A stretch of DNA of 64,000 bases from positions 248,001-312,000 of the forward strand of contig JAPDFW010000083.1 of assembly GCA_028826165.1 (NCBI GenBank). Reading direction: 5' to 3'. Below, piece after piece: positions 63,913 through 64,000 of the stretch. The stretch comes from Anaeramoeba ignava BMAN. Its lineage: Eukaryota; Protista; Anaeramoebae. The notes beneath the pieces are model-generated. The model was given only the letters and a program-made list of their open reading frames with translations. It did no database searches and was not told where the DNA came from. Positions within the stretch are counted from its first letter, which is position 1, and each line of letters opens with the position of its first letter. Both the position numbers and the translations under genes were made by a program.

Positions 63913-64000
63913 CTTTTAATTTTATAAATTAATTTTAATTTTAATTTTAATTTTAATTTTATAAATTTTAATTTTAATTTTAATTTTAATTTTAATTTTA

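Noticed and set aside
1-64000. Inteins, transposases, retroelements or viral genes
   Set aside because: I saw no Hint (C...HN/C), LAGLIDADG, RT, integrase or capsid motifs. CCT2, CPSF2, MRT4 and the amylase are colinear with their families.

Overview
Very AT-rich eukaryotic nuclear DNA with the standard genetic code and GT-AG introns. It is probably from an amoeboid protist. The ankyrin-BTB and RCC1-BTB genes and the repeat-filled introns suggest Anaeramoeba (Metamonada), which is my inference only. About 25 protein genes are supported: a BEACH protein running off the left edge, ankyrin-BTB, CCT2, Rac-type GTPase, ML/NPC2 protein, CENP-I, CPSF100, MRT4, SSNA1/DIP13, coiled-coil RasGEF, TBC RabGAP, two tail-anchored paralogues, a long alpha-actinin-like protein, a bZIP factor, a propeller+FN3 surface receptor, RCC1-BTB-CaaX, beta-amylase, five ubiquitin/NEDD8-like genes, a basic HNH-like protein, an ARM-like gene and an amino-acid transporter running off the right edge. 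Several ORF breaks are single-base homopolymer indels and are most likely assembly errors. The most notable observations are: (1) a tandem array of non-conjugatable NEDD8/ubiquitin-like genes, all lacking the C-terminal GG, plus decaying copies, around a lone basic HNH-type nuclease gene (54.3-58.1 kb); (2) a ~2-kb, ~97-98% AT satellite with a ~145-bp period, bordered by four tandem tRNA 3'-end (B-box + terminator) fragments, a centromere/boundary candidate (31.1-33.45 kb); (3) a TTTCATTTT initiator-like motif before nearly every ATG, including 79-117-bp head-to-head promoters.
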